From Azospirillum sp. (lineage in GTDB: Bacteria; Pseudomonadota; Alphaproteobacteria; CACIAM-22H2), in contig JADCGK010000003.1 in the NCBI GenBank assembly GCA_020249045.1, positions 17,077 to 81,076 on the forward strand: a stretch of DNA of 64,000 bases, given 5' to 3'. Under the pieces are notes generated by a model. It did not search any database. It saw only the letters and a program-made list of their open reading frames with translations, and was not told the DNA's origin. A program made the position numbers and the translations under genes. Below are positions 44,582-53,852 of this stretch, one piece after another. Every line of letters starts with the position of its first letter. Positions within the stretch are counted from its first letter, which is position 1.

Positions 44582-45724
44582 TCAACCCCGGAACACGATC
44601 GCCGGATCGACGACCAGCACGCGCCGGACGGAAGCGAAGCTCGCGACCGCGATGATCGCCAGCACGGCGGCCGCGACGCCGGCGGCCACCTCCCACGGCA
44701 GCACCAGACCGCGCAGCGCGTCGTTGGCGCGCGGCACGAAATGGAAGAACGCCGCCGCCATGCCGATGCCCAGCGAATAGCCGGTGACCGCCGCCACGCC
44801 CGCCTGCAGCAGCACCATGCGCAGAATGGCGAGGTTGCCGACGCCGATCGCCTTCAGCGCGCCGAACTGCTTCAGGTTTTCGACCACGAACAGGAAGAAT
44901 GTCTGCCCGACGATGGCCGCCCCCACGATGAAGCCGAGCGCGATCGTGATGCCGAAATTGATGGGAATGCCCGTATTGCGGAGGAAGTAGAGTACCGTCA
45001 TGCGCGCGAAGCCCGCGCTTGTCGTGGCCTGCAGGCCGGTTTCCGCGGCGATGCGCGCCGCGACCTCGGCCGCGTCGTGGCCCGCGGCCGCGCGCGCGAT
45101 CACGTAGCTCAATTGGCTGCGCCGCTGCGCCGCCAGATTCAGCGCCAGGGAGTAGCGCGCGAAGATCACGGGCGACGTCGCGAAGGGGGCCGAGGCGTCG
45201 ACGATCGCCGCCACCCGCACGCGCCGGTCGTTGATCTCCACCTCGCGCCCCAGATCGAGCGGCGCGTCCGGCCACAGCCGCATGAAACCCGATTTGTCGA
45301 TCGCGATCGCGTCCGGCGCCCGCAAGGCGTCGAGATCGCCGAGCACGAATTTCGGCGGCACGCCCGCAAGCGTGGCGTCGTCCACGCCGATCAGCAGGAT
45401 CTGTTCGAGGATGCCGTCGGGCGAACGCACCGTGCCCATGTTGCGCAAAAACGGCAGCGCCCAGGCCACGCCCTCCACCGAGCGCACGCGATAAAGCTGG
45501 GTGTCGGTCATCGGCTCGTTGACGTCCGAGTACTTCACGCGCGGGTCCATGACCCACATATCCGCCTCGCGCACGTCCACGATCTGGCTGACCGTGCGGC
45601 CGATGATGCCGATGAACAGACCCGCCTGCTGGGCCATCAGCAGCGTGGCGAACGCGATGCCGAACACGAGGCCCAGATACTTGCCCGGATCGCCGAACAG
45701 CATGCGCAACGCGACGGTACCCAC
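44582..45724 (-). CDS. ABC transporter permease (DevC/FtsX-like)
   Basis: 380 aa. N-terminal TM, large periplasmic domain, C-terminal three-TM FtsX fold. Confidence 0.8.
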   Translation of the reverse strand: MGTVALRMLFGDPGKYLGLVFGIAFATLLMAQQAGLFIGIIGRTVSQIVDVREADMWVMDPRVKYSDVNEPMTDTQLYRVRSVEGVAWALPFLRNMGTVRSPDGILEQILLIGVDDATLAGVPPKFVLGDLDALRAPDAIAIDKSGFMRLWPDAPLDLGREVEINDRRVRVAAIVDASAPFATSPVIFARYSLALNLAAQRRSQLSYVIARAAAGHDAAEVAARIAAETGLQATTSAGFARMTVLYFLRNTGIPINFGITIALGFIVGAAIVGQTFFLFVVENLKQFGALKAIGVGNLAILRMVLLQAGVAAVTGYSLGIGMAAAFFHFVPRANDALRGLVLPWEVAAGVAAAVLAIIAVASFASVRRVLVVDPAIVFRG

Positions 45725-45744
45725 GAACCCCTGCCCTCAAAATG

Positions 45745-45763
45745 AAACGAAACGGTTTCGTTT
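45745..45763. promoter_or_regulatory. Perfect 9-bp-arm palindrome AAACGAAAC-g-GTTTCGTTT (probable TetR operator) centred between the divergent efflux operon and the TetR gene
   Basis: Read directly; lies in the 55-nt intergenic region 45725-45779. Confidence 0.5.
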
Positions 45764-45779
45764 AACATAGACCCGCGCT

Positions 45780-46418
45780 ATGCTGGCGGCAAGTGCGATG
45801 CGCGAACGATCCAAAACAGGCCGCCCGCCCAAGGGCAGCGAAGCCGTCCGCCGCGAGGCGATCCTCGCCGCGGCGCGGCGCGTCTTCGCGCGCGTGGGCT
45901 TCGGGGCCGCGACGATGGACGCGATCGCGCGCGAGGCGAACGCGGCCAAGCGCACGCTGTACGCGCATTTCGGCGACAAGGCCGCGCTGTTCCGCGCCGT
46001 CGTCGCGGCCGAAGCCGGCGCGATCCTCGCGGCGCCGGGGGCGGCGCCGGGTTTGCGCGGCCGGCTGGTCGGCTTCGCGCGCGGCGTGTTCGAGCGCATC
46101 CACACCGAGGAGAAGGCCGCGATCTTCCGCATGGTGGTGGCCGAGGCGCGGGCTTTCCCCGCGCTCGCGCGCGATTTCCACCGCAACGGGCCGGGCCGGG
46201 GCGTCGGCGTGGTCGCAGGCCTGCTGCGCGAGGCCGCGAGCCGGGGCGAGATCGTCTGCGCCGATCCGCGCGCCGAAGCGCGGCGGTTCTCCAGCCTGCT
46301 GATCGGCGATTCGCATCTGCGTTTGGTGCTGGGCCTGGCGAAGCCGCCCACGCGGGCGGCCGCGCGCGCCGAGGCCGAGGCGACGGTCGATTTCTTCCTA
46401 CGGGCGCTCGCCCGCTAG
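45780..46418 (+). CDS. TetR/AcrR-family transcriptional repressor
   Basis: 212 aa. N-terminal HTH ILAAARRVFARVGFGAATMDAIAREANAAKRTLYAHFGDKAALF. Confidence 0.85.
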   Translation: MLAASAMRERSKTGRPPKGSEAVRREAILAAARRVFARVGFGAATMDAIAREANAAKRTLYAHFGDKAALFRAVVAAEAGAILAAPGAAPGLRGRLVGFARGVFERIHTEEKAAIFRMVVAEARAFPALARDFHRNGPGRGVGVVAGLLREAASRGEIVCADPRAEARRFSSLLIGDSHLRLVLGLAKPPTRAAARAEAEATVDFFLRALAR

Positions 46419-46856
46419 ACGCGGCCAGTTCGCGTCGGCTTTGGCGATATTGGCCGTGCGGGACATGTCCCAGCGCGCGCGGATCGCGCGCGAATAATTG
46501 AGGTAGAGGCGCCCGTCGACGATGCGCCATGCGAGGGGGTCGATCCCGGCGCGGTAGCCTTGGGCGACCGCCCAGGCGCAGAACCCGCCGTATCGCGGCG
46601 CATAGCGTTCGGGGTCGGCGGCGAAAGCCGCGCGATTGGCTTCGGAGGAAAACCGCCACACCGCACCGTTCCATTCGACCGTGTGGCCGGGCGTACCGGC
46701 CACCGGCTTGCCCGCGCGGAAATAGGCGACGACGTCGGTGCCCGCGGCGGCCACGCCGTCGGGCGCGTTGACGCCTTGCGCGAACGCGGGTGCGGCGAAC
46801 AGCGCGAAAGCCAGAACGAGGGGACGCAGGACAGCGATCATGGCGATGTTTCGCAT
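46398..46856 (-). CDS. Secreted YHS-domain-like protein
   Basis: 152 aa. Signal peptide. VAYFRAGKPV...RYGGFCAWAV pattern is reminiscent of YHS-domain (seleno)protein families; recalled, not searched. Confidence 0.55.
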   Translation of the reverse strand: MRNIAMIAVLRPLVLAFALFAAPAFAQGVNAPDGVAAAGTDVVAYFRAGKPVAGTPGHTVEWNGAVWRFSSEANRAAFAADPERYAPRYGGFCAWAVAQGYRAGIDPLAWRIVDGRLYLNYSRAIRARWDMSRTANIAKADANWPRLAGERP

Positions 46857-46871
46857 CGGCGCGGACCCGGG

Positions 46872-48014
46872 TTACGTCCCGCCCAGATGCGGGGCAGCGA
46901 GATAATCCTCGGACTGCATCTCGTGCAGGCGGCTGGCCGTGCGCTGGAATTCGAAGGCGTGGTCGCCTTTCGGGTGCAGCCGGTCGGGCGCGTCGTCCGC
47001 GGCCATCACGAGCTTGCAGCGATGCTCGTAAAGCGCGTCGATCAGCGTGACGAAACGGCGCGCTTCGTTGCGGTTGTCGGGCGTCAGGATGGGGACGCCG
47101 TCGAGCACGAGCGTGTGATAGGCGCGCGCCAGCGCCAGATAATCGGCCGCCCCGCGCGCGCCCGCGCACAGGCTTTCGAAATCGCAGAACGCCACCCCGC
47201 CGCCCGCGCGCGGAAGATCCAGATCGCGCCCGCCCACGTCGAGCGTGGCGGGGCCCACCGTCGCGCCCTCGGTCAACGCGGCGAAGGCCTTTTCGAGCTG
47301 CGCGGTCGAACGCGCGCCCACCGGCCAGTGATAGACCGGCATGCCGCGAATGCGGATGCGCCGGTAATCGACCCCGCCGTCGAGTTCGAGCACGTCGAGC
47401 TTGGCCTTGAGCGTGTCGATCGCCGGCAGGAAACGTTCGCGCTGCAGCCCGCCCGCGTAGAGATCGTCGGGCGCGATGTTGGACGTCGCCACGACCACCA
47501 CGCCCTTGTCGAGCATCGCGCCGAACAACCGGCCCAGGATCATCGCGTCGGCGATGTTGGTCACCTGGAATTCGTCGAAGCAGAGCAGCCAGGCCTCCTC
47601 GGCGAGTGCCGCGGCCAAAGGCGGGATCGGGTCGCCGTCGCCCTTCTTGGCCTCGCCCGATTGGCGCCAGGCGTGGATGCGCGCGTGCGTCTCCAGCATG
47701 AACGCGTGGAAATGGACGCGGCGCTTCTTGGCCACCGGCGCGTGGGCGAAGAACAGATCCATCAGCATGGACTTGCCGCGCCCCACCCCGCCGAACATGT
47801 ACAGCCCCGCGGGCGGCGCGCCGGCCTGTTCGAGGCCGAATTTCCGCGCGAAGCCGAGCGAGGCGCGCCAGAAGCCGGGCCGCGGGTCGGGTTTGTAGGC
47901 GGCCAACGCACGCGCCAGCGTGCCGAGTTTTTCCACCGCGAAGGCTTGGGCGGGATCGGGTTTGATCGATCCGTCGGCGAGCTTGGCGCGATAGGCGTCG
48001 AGGATGGTGCTCAT
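46872..48014 (-). CDS. zapE: Cell division protein ZapE (AFG1-like ATPase)
   Basis: 380 aa; cat verified at 48012-48014. Walker A GGVGRGKS, Walker B LLCFDEF. Confidence 0.85.
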   Translation of the reverse strand: MSTILDAYRAKLADGSIKPDPAQAFAVEKLGTLARALAAYKPDPRPGFWRASLGFARKFGLEQAGAPPAGLYMFGGVGRGKSMLMDLFFAHAPVAKKRRVHFHAFMLETHARIHAWRQSGEAKKGDGDPIPPLAAALAEEAWLLCFDEFQVTNIADAMILGRLFGAMLDKGVVVVATSNIAPDDLYAGGLQRERFLPAIDTLKAKLDVLELDGGVDYRRIRIRGMPVYHWPVGARSTAQLEKAFAALTEGATVGPATLDVGGRDLDLPRAGGGVAFCDFESLCAGARGAADYLALARAYHTLVLDGVPILTPDNRNEARRFVTLIDALYEHRCKLVMAADDAPDRLHPKGDHAFEFQRTASRLHEMQSEDYLAAPHLGGT

Positions 48015-48715
48015 CGGCCCAGCAACTCCGCCACGAAAGCGGGTACGAGGACGCCGGCCGGGCCGTAGCGCTTCTCGGCGAAGGCGCTCGCGACCTCGGA
48101 GGGTTCGAGATTTATCTCGACCGTGCGCGCACCCGCCGCGCGCGCGTGTTCGACCAGACCGGCGGCCGGATAGACCGCGCCGGAGGTTCCGATCGACGCG
48201 AAGATCGCGCACGCGCGCACCGCGGCGATCGCCTCGTCCATGAAGAAGGGCATTTCGGTGAACCAAACCACATGCGGGCGCAACGTGCCGTCGTTCCCGC
48301 ACTTCGCGCATACGCTCTCCGCACCCAGATCGACGCGGGCCTCGCGCACGTCCCCGCAGGCGAAGCAGCGCGACTTCAACAATTCGCCGTGGATGTGGAG
48401 CAGGTTTTTCGAGCCCGCGCGTTCGTGCAGATCGTCGACGTTCTGCGTGACGATCGCGACCGGGCCGGGCCATTCGGCCTCCAACCGGGCGAGGGCCGCG
48501 TGTGCGGCGTTCGGGGCGATTTTGGGATCGAGCAGGCCCCGCCGGCGCGCGTTGTAGAAGCCTTGCACCTTGACTGGATCCCGGACGAAGGCGGACGGCG
48601 TCGCCACGTCCTCGATGCGGACCCGCGACCACACGCCGTCCGCGTCGCGGAACGTGTCGATTCCCGACTCCTTGGAAATTCCGGCCCCGGTGAGGACGAC
48701 GATCGAGCCCGCCAT
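48011..48715 (-). CDS. cobB: NAD-dependent protein deacylase (Sir2 family, CobB-type)
   Basis: Start MAGSIVVLTGAGIS verified (cat at 48713-48715). QNVDxLH, catalytic HG, and CxxC...CxxC zinc ribbon. ATGA overlap with zapE. Confidence 0.8.
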   Translation of the reverse strand: MAGSIVVLTGAGISKESGIDTFRDADGVWSRVRIEDVATPSAFVRDPVKVQGFYNARRRGLLDPKIAPNAAHAALARLEAEWPGPVAIVTQNVDDLHERAGSKNLLHIHGELLKSRCFACGDVREARVDLGAESVCAKCGNDGTLRPHVVWFTEMPFFMDEAIAAVRACAIFASIGTSGAVYPAAGLVEHARAAGARTVEINLEPSEVASAFAEKRYGPAGVLVPAFVAELLGR

Positions 48716-48785
48716 GCCCCGGGAAATTACCAGCCCGCCGGTCGCATGCACGGGAAATATCGGGCGAACCGCCCCCCGCGGCGCG

Positions 48786-49325
48786 TCAATCGCGCAGGAA
48801 GAATTCGGCCTCCTGGGTATAGACCGGCCCGCCCGCGCGGCGCAGGCTCGAATAGATCGCGAAGCGATCCACATGGATCGGCCCCGCCTTGAACAGCGCG
48901 TGGCGCGTCAGGAATTCGCGGATTTTTTCGAGCGGGGCGTCCTGCAGCCGGGCGAGGGTGACGTGCGGCGCGAATTTGCGCGGCGCGGGATCGAAGCCTT
49001 CGCGCCGGCAAGCTTCGTCGATCCGCCGGTGCAGCGCATCCAAGGCCGGCGATTTGCGCACGCCCGCCCACAGAACGCGGACGTCCTCGCCGGTCGAAAA
49101 ATGCCCCACGCCGTCGAGCTCGATGTCGAACGGCGCGGCGCGCACGCCCATCATCGCGTAGCCCAAATCCTCCGCCCGGTCCTCGGGCACGTCGCCGACG
49201 AAGCGCAAGGTCAGGTGGAACGCGTCGCTCTCGACCCAATCCGCTCCCGGCACCCCGCCGGTCAGCGCATCGAGCCGCGCGCGGATATCCTCCGGAAAGC
49301 CGAGTGCCACGAACAGGCGCAGCAT
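48786..49325 (-). CDS. thpR: RNA 2',3'-cyclic phosphodiesterase (2H family ThpR/LigT)
   Basis: 179 aa. Two HxT/S motifs (FHLTLRF and PHVTLARL). Confidence 0.8.
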   Translation of the reverse strand: MLRLFVALGFPEDIRARLDALTGGVPGADWVESDAFHLTLRFVGDVPEDRAEDLGYAMMGVRAAPFDIELDGVGHFSTGEDVRVLWAGVRKSPALDALHRRIDEACRREGFDPAPRKFAPHVTLARLQDAPLEKIREFLTRHALFKAGPIHVDRFAIYSSLRRAGGPVYTQEAEFFLRD

Positions 49326-49329
49326 GCGC

Positions 49330-50373
49330 TCACGGGCAGGGGTTGGGGTTGGCGACGTGGACGGCGTCGAGGGCCGCCAGCACGTCGGCGGGCAAAGTCA
49401 CGTCGATCGCGGCGATGTTGGTCTCGAGCTGCTCGAGCGTCGTCGCCCCGATGATGACCGCGGTGACGAACGGCCGGGCGAGCGCGAAGGCGATCGCCAT
49501 TTGGGCGGGATCGAGGCCCGCCGCGCGCGCCACGCGCACGTATTCCTTGGCCGCGGGCTCGGCGCGCGGCGTCGAGTAGCGTTTGAAGCGTTCGTAGAGC
49601 GTGAGGCGGCCGCGCGGCGGCCGCGCGCCGTCGAAATACTTGCCCACCAGCACGCCCATGCCGAGCGCGGAATAGGCCAGCAGACCGACGTTCTCCTTCA
49701 ACGCCATTTCCGCGAGACCGACCTCGAAACTGCGGTTCAGCAGCGAATACGCGTTTTGGATCGAGACGATGCGTTGGGCGCCGCTCGCCTCGGCCGCACG
49801 CAGATGGCGCGCGACGCCCCAGGGCGTTTCGTTGGAGACGCCGAAATGGCGGATCTTGCCTTCCCGGCGGAGCTTCTCCATCGCCGCGACGGTTTCCTCG
49901 ATGGGTGCGCCTTGATCGGCATCGGGCTTGTGCACGTAGTCGAGTTGGCCGAAGCGGTTGGCCGGCCGGTCGGGGGTATGGGTCTGGTAAAGATCGATGT
50001 AGTCGGTCCGCAGGCGGCGCAGCGAAGCTTCGACCGCCGCGCGCAGATTGGCCTCGTCCAACGGCGGGGCGTTGCGCGCGTAGGCGAGGCCCTGGCCCTT
50101 GCCCGAAACCTTGGTCGCGACGACGAGCTTGTCGCGCTTGGCCTTGTTCTTGGCGAGCCAAGTGCCGAGGATTTCCTCGGTGCGGCCGTAGGTCTCGGCC
50201 TTCGGCGGGACCGGATACATTTCCGCCGCGTCGATGAAGTCCACGCCGCGCGCGACGGCCGCATCGAGCTGGGCGTGGCCCTCGGCTTCGGTGTTCTGTT
50301 CGCCCCAGGTCATCGTGCCCAGGCAGATGCGCGAGACGCGGCGGCCGGTGTTTCCGAGTTCGGCGTGTTTCAT
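49330..50373 (-). CDS. NADP(H)-dependent aldo/keto reductase (Tas-like)
   Basis: 347 aa. MKHAELGNTGRRVSRICLGTMTWG ... IDAAEMY ... AKR signature. Confidence 0.85.
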   Translation of the reverse strand: MKHAELGNTGRRVSRICLGTMTWGEQNTEAEGHAQLDAAVARGVDFIDAAEMYPVPPKAETYGRTEEILGTWLAKNKAKRDKLVVATKVSGKGQGLAYARNAPPLDEANLRAAVEASLRRLRTDYIDLYQTHTPDRPANRFGQLDYVHKPDADQGAPIEETVAAMEKLRREGKIRHFGVSNETPWGVARHLRAAEASGAQRIVSIQNAYSLLNRSFEVGLAEMALKENVGLLAYSALGMGVLVGKYFDGARPPRGRLTLYERFKRYSTPRAEPAAKEYVRVARAAGLDPAQMAIAFALARPFVTAVIIGATTLEQLETNIAAIDVTLPADVLAALDAVHVANPNPCP

Positions 50374-51266
50374 GACGCGATGCGATGTCCGTAATCGAGA
50401 GGATGGACCGAAACGAGTTCGGCGGCGGCGTAGCAGACGAGAATCACAACCGCGAGTTCGCGGCCGATCGACCGGGCGAGCGCCGCGCCGGCACCCGGCT
50501 CGCCTCGCGCCAGCGCGGGCGTGGCGGCGAGCTTATGGCGGATGGCGAGGCCCAGCGCCGCCGCGACGAAGGCGAGCTTGGCGATCAACGCCCAGCCGTG
50601 CCACGCCGCGATCAGCAGATCCAAGCGCCCAACCAGATAGAAGATCAAGCCGCCGCCCGTCGCGATCATGACGCCGACGGCGACCGCGGCACCGCGCGCC
50701 CAGGCGCGGATCAACCCGGCATCGTTGCGCCGTGCCGCGTCGATCATCGGCAGCAGACCGCCGATCCAATAGGCCACCGCGAGCAGATGCAGCGCCACCA
50801 GGACCGAGAGCTCCTGGCGCGGGCGGTAGAGCGTCGAATGGCCCATGCCCGCATAGCTCGCGGCGATCAGCAGCGCCCCGATGGGGGCGAGGACCGCCGC
50901 GACGCGCGCGGGCGCAAGCCAGCTCAACACCAACGCCAATCCGAGCGCGCGCAACCCGAACGCATCGCCCACCCGGCCGCGCGCGATCGCTTGCCAAATC
51001 ACCGCGTCGAACGGATCCCCGCCGCCCGCCAATTGGCCCGCGCGCACGAACAGCGAGAGCACCGACAGCGCGAGCCCGGCGATGGCGAAGCCTGCGGCCA
51101 TGCGGATGGTCGCGGCGCGCGCGTCGGGCGCGAGCCGGTCGGCGAACGCGGCGAGATAAAGCGCAAGACCCGCCGCGCTGAGGCCGGCGAAGTTGTAGCC
51201 CGCGCGCACGACCACCGCGATCGCGTCCCACGGATCGGGATTTGGCTGGAGATGTTCGAGGATCAT
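50370..51266 (-). CDS. copD: Copper resistance protein CopD-like membrane protein
   Basis: 298 aa; cat verified at 51264-51266. About 8 TM helices with conserved His residues. ATGA overlap with the downstream AKR start. Confidence 0.7.
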   Translation of the reverse strand: MILEHLQPNPDPWDAIAVVVRAGYNFAGLSAAGLALYLAAFADRLAPDARAATIRMAAGFAIAGLALSVLSLFVRAGQLAGGGDPFDAVIWQAIARGRVGDAFGLRALGLALVLSWLAPARVAAVLAPIGALLIAASYAGMGHSTLYRPRQELSVLVALHLLAVAYWIGGLLPMIDAARRNDAGLIRAWARGAAVAVGVMIATGGGLIFYLVGRLDLLIAAWHGWALIAKLAFVAAALGLAIRHKLAATPALARGEPGAGAALARSIGRELAVVILVCYAAAELVSVHPLDYGHRIAS

Positions 51267-51619
51267 TCGACGACCGAAAACGAAATCGTCCCGCCGATGG
51301 GATGGCCATCCGCCGACAGCGCGCGCCACTCCAGACGATGGCGGCCGGGCGTCAGCGCCGGATGGCGCGCGCGCCACGTCGCGGCGGGTGTCGCGTCGCG
51401 GGCGCGCGAAAGCGGCACTTCGATGCCCGAAGGCGCGAACAGACGCAAGGCCGTCAGCACGGCCAGTTCGTCGAAGCGCAACGTTATTTCGCCGGCGCCG
51501 GACGCGATCGCGGCATCCGGTGACGGGTGCGAATGGGCGAGGCGCGAATGCGCGGCGGCCGCGCGCGCGCCCAGAAACGCCGCGCCGGCGGCCAGAAAAA
51601 GACGGCGTCGCACGTTCAT
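51263..51619 (-). CDS. copC: Periplasmic copper chaperone CopC-like protein
   Basis: 118 aa; cat verified at 51617-51619. Signal peptide, then HSRLAHSHPSPD (N-terminal His of mature CopC). ATGA overlap with copD. Confidence 0.7.
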   Translation of the reverse strand: MNVRRRLFLAAGAAFLGARAAAAHSRLAHSHPSPDAAIASGAGEITLRFDELAVLTALRLFAPSGIEVPLSRARDATPAATWRARHPALTPGRHRLEWRALSADGHPIGGTISFSVVE

Positions 51620-52743
51620 CCGAACAGCGCCAAAACGCCCGTATAGCCGTAAAGCCGCGCGTTGGAGATCTCGCCGTTGCAGAACATCCCCGCGATGGGA
51701 ATGTTTCCCAGCGAGTCGCGCAAGATCGCGCGCTCGGCCGAGCCGGGGCCGAACATGTTCGGTCCGCGCGCCAGGCACGAAAAATAGAGGCCCGCCTTGG
51801 GCCGCCCGACCGCCGCCTTGGCGCGCGCGAGCATGGTTTCGAGATCGCGCCGCGCCGCGGCCGCGTCGCGGCGCACGAAGAACAGCCTGTCGCCCGGTTC
51901 GACCGCATGGCCCACCGCGATCAGCCCGCGCTCGGGGTCGATGCCGGTCAGATGCCGAACGAGATAGTCGCGCTCGTCCCGGCCGGGCGTCGGGAATGCG
52001 ACGAGCGTGACGGCGGCGGCCGCACGAAGCTCGTGGTCGCGGACGATGCCCGCGGCCTCCTTGAAGACCTCCAGCGCCGGGCGCCCGTCGATGGTCATCA
52101 GCACGTTGTCTTCGGCCGCCGTGGCGCGATGCACGGGACCGAGCGGCACGCAGCCTTGGCTCAAGCCCATCGCCACGCGCACGTCCCGGCCGATCAGCAC
52201 GCCCGACGCGCCCTCGTCGACCACCTTGCCCGCGATTTGCGCGAGGCCGCGCTCGCCCGACGACAGACCGCCCGCAAGAAAGGCGCCACTGGTTTCCGCG
52301 AGGTCGCCGAGGATCTCCGAAAGCCCGCCGCAGCGCGGATCGGCGTGCACGACGCCGAGTGCCGGCTTCGCGCCGGCGATCCAGGCTTCGAGATCGGCCG
52401 GCGTTTCGCCCGGTTCGGTCAGGTTGGGGACCAGACGGTAGGCCTCGCGCGGCAGATCGAGCGCGAGTGCGACCAAAGCGGGCGCGTCGAACACCTCGTC
52501 CTCGCCGAGCACGCCCGAACCGACCGAGCCGACCCAGTCGCCGATTCCCGACACGCGCTTGACGACGGCGAGGATGTCCTCCAGCCGGTCGGCGAGGGCG
52601 TCGGTCGCGTAAAGGAAGCCTAGCCGACCGCCCGGCAGATCGCGCGCGAGCTTCTCGCCGAGTTCGACGGCGAGCGCGCCCCAATTCGCCGGATCGGATC
52701 CGGCGGTTTGCGCGAAGGCGACGGCGGGTGCGATTTGCGCCAT
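51616..52743 (-). CDS. FIST (N+C) sensory domain protein
   Basis: 375 aa; cat verified at 52741-52743. C-terminal ...GMFCNGEISN typical of FIST_C. ATGA overlap with copC. Confidence 0.7.
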   Translation of the reverse strand: MAQIAPAVAFAQTAGSDPANWGALAVELGEKLARDLPGGRLGFLYATDALADRLEDILAVVKRVSGIGDWVGSVGSGVLGEDEVFDAPALVALALDLPREAYRLVPNLTEPGETPADLEAWIAGAKPALGVVHADPRCGGLSEILGDLAETSGAFLAGGLSSGERGLAQIAGKVVDEGASGVLIGRDVRVAMGLSQGCVPLGPVHRATAAEDNVLMTIDGRPALEVFKEAAGIVRDHELRAAAAVTLVAFPTPGRDERDYLVRHLTGIDPERGLIAVGHAVEPGDRLFFVRRDAAAARRDLETMLARAKAAVGRPKAGLYFSCLARGPNMFGPGSAERAILRDSLGNIPIAGMFCNGEISNARLYGYTGVLALFG

Positions 52744-52797
52744 GCCGCATCCTCGCGCATATAGCGCCGCGAGGATACGAAAAAGGGAATCGCCGTC

Positions 52798-53172
52798 GTG
52801 ACGCCGTTGATCGCTTTGCATACCGCATGCGCAATCGGCGCGGTGTCGTTGGGTATCGCCGTGTTGATGCGGCCCAAAGGCACCGCCGCGCACAAAGCCG
52901 TCGGCCGCGTGTGGGTCGGGCTGATGGCGGCGACCGCCCTTTCCTCGTTTTGGATCCTGCAAATCCGCGACGGGGCCGGCTTCAGCCCCATCCACGCGCT
53001 GTCGGCGATCACGCTGGCGGCGCTCGCGCGCGGCGTTTGGGCGGCACGCAAAGGTTACGTGCGCCAGCACCGGATCAACATGCTGTCGGCCTATGCGGGC
53101 GCTGCGATCGCCGGGGCGTTCACGTTGCTGCCCAACCGGATCATCGGCGGCTGGTTGTTCGGCGGCGGGTGA
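52798..53172 (+). CDS. Small integral membrane protein (DUF2306-like)
   Basis: 124 aa, four predicted TM helices. Divergent from the FIST-cop operon. Confidence 0.5.
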   Translation: MTPLIALHTACAIGAVSLGIAVLMRPKGTAAHKAVGRVWVGLMAATALSSFWILQIRDGAGFSPIHALSAITLAALARGVWAARKGYVRQHRINMLSAYAGAAIAGAFTLLPNRIIGGWLFGGG

Positions 53173-53174
53173 AC

Positions 53175-53852
53175 TCAACCGCCCGCGAGGAATCGCCGGA
53201 CATGCGGCAGGATATTGGCGACCATCGTATCCACGCCCTGCCCGTTCGGATGGATGCCGTCGGAAAGATTGAGTTCGGGGCGCGCCGCAACGCCTTCGAG
53301 CAGGAACGGATAAAGCGGCACGCCGTGCTTGGCGGCGAGGCGCGGGAAAACGGCGGCGAAACGGTCGCGATATTCGGTGCCCATATTCGGCGGGGCGAGC
53401 ATGCCCGCGAGCATCGGCTTGACGCCGCGCGCCTTCATCCGCTCGAGGATGCGGTCGAGATTGCGTTCCATCGCGTCGACGTCGAGGCCGCGCAAGCCGT
53501 CGTTCGCCCCCAAGGCCACCAGCGCGAACTCCGGCGGGCGCTGGCCCAGCGCCCAATCGACGCGCGCCAAGCCGCCCGCGGACGTATCGCCCGAAACGCC
53601 GGCGTTCACGACCTGGACGTCCACGCCCGCGGCACGCAACGCGGCTTCCAAGCGCACCGGAAAAGCTTCGCGCGCTTGAATGTTGTAGCCCGCCGACAGC
53701 GAATCCCCGAGCACGAGCAAGCGCGGCGGCGTTTGCGCCGCGGCCGGAATCGCCCATAAAGCCCAAAGACTTGCCGCAAACGCGTTGAATCCGCGCCGCG
53801 ACGGCCCATATCCGGAGGAACCGCGTCGCGATTCAAGGTGGTTTTCGTCCAT
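53175..53852 (-). CDS. tesA: SGNH/GDSL arylesterase, thioesterase I (TesA)-like, secreted
   Basis: GDSLSAG block I with catalytic Ser; DGIHPN block V. Start codon (cat at 53850-53852) overlaps the divergent ybbA-like ATG. The resulting 40-aa pre-signal extension suggests the true start could be an internal non-ATG codon. Confidence 0.65.
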   Translation of the reverse strand: MDENHLESRRGSSGYGPSRRGFNAFAASLWALWAIPAAAQTPPRLLVLGDSLSAGYNIQAREAFPVRLEAALRAAGVDVQVVNAGVSGDTSAGGLARVDWALGQRPPEFALVALGANDGLRGLDVDAMERNLDRILERMKARGVKPMLAGMLAPPNMGTEYRDRFAAVFPRLAAKHGVPLYPFLLEGVAARPELNLSDGIHPNGQGVDTMVANILPHVRRFLAGG

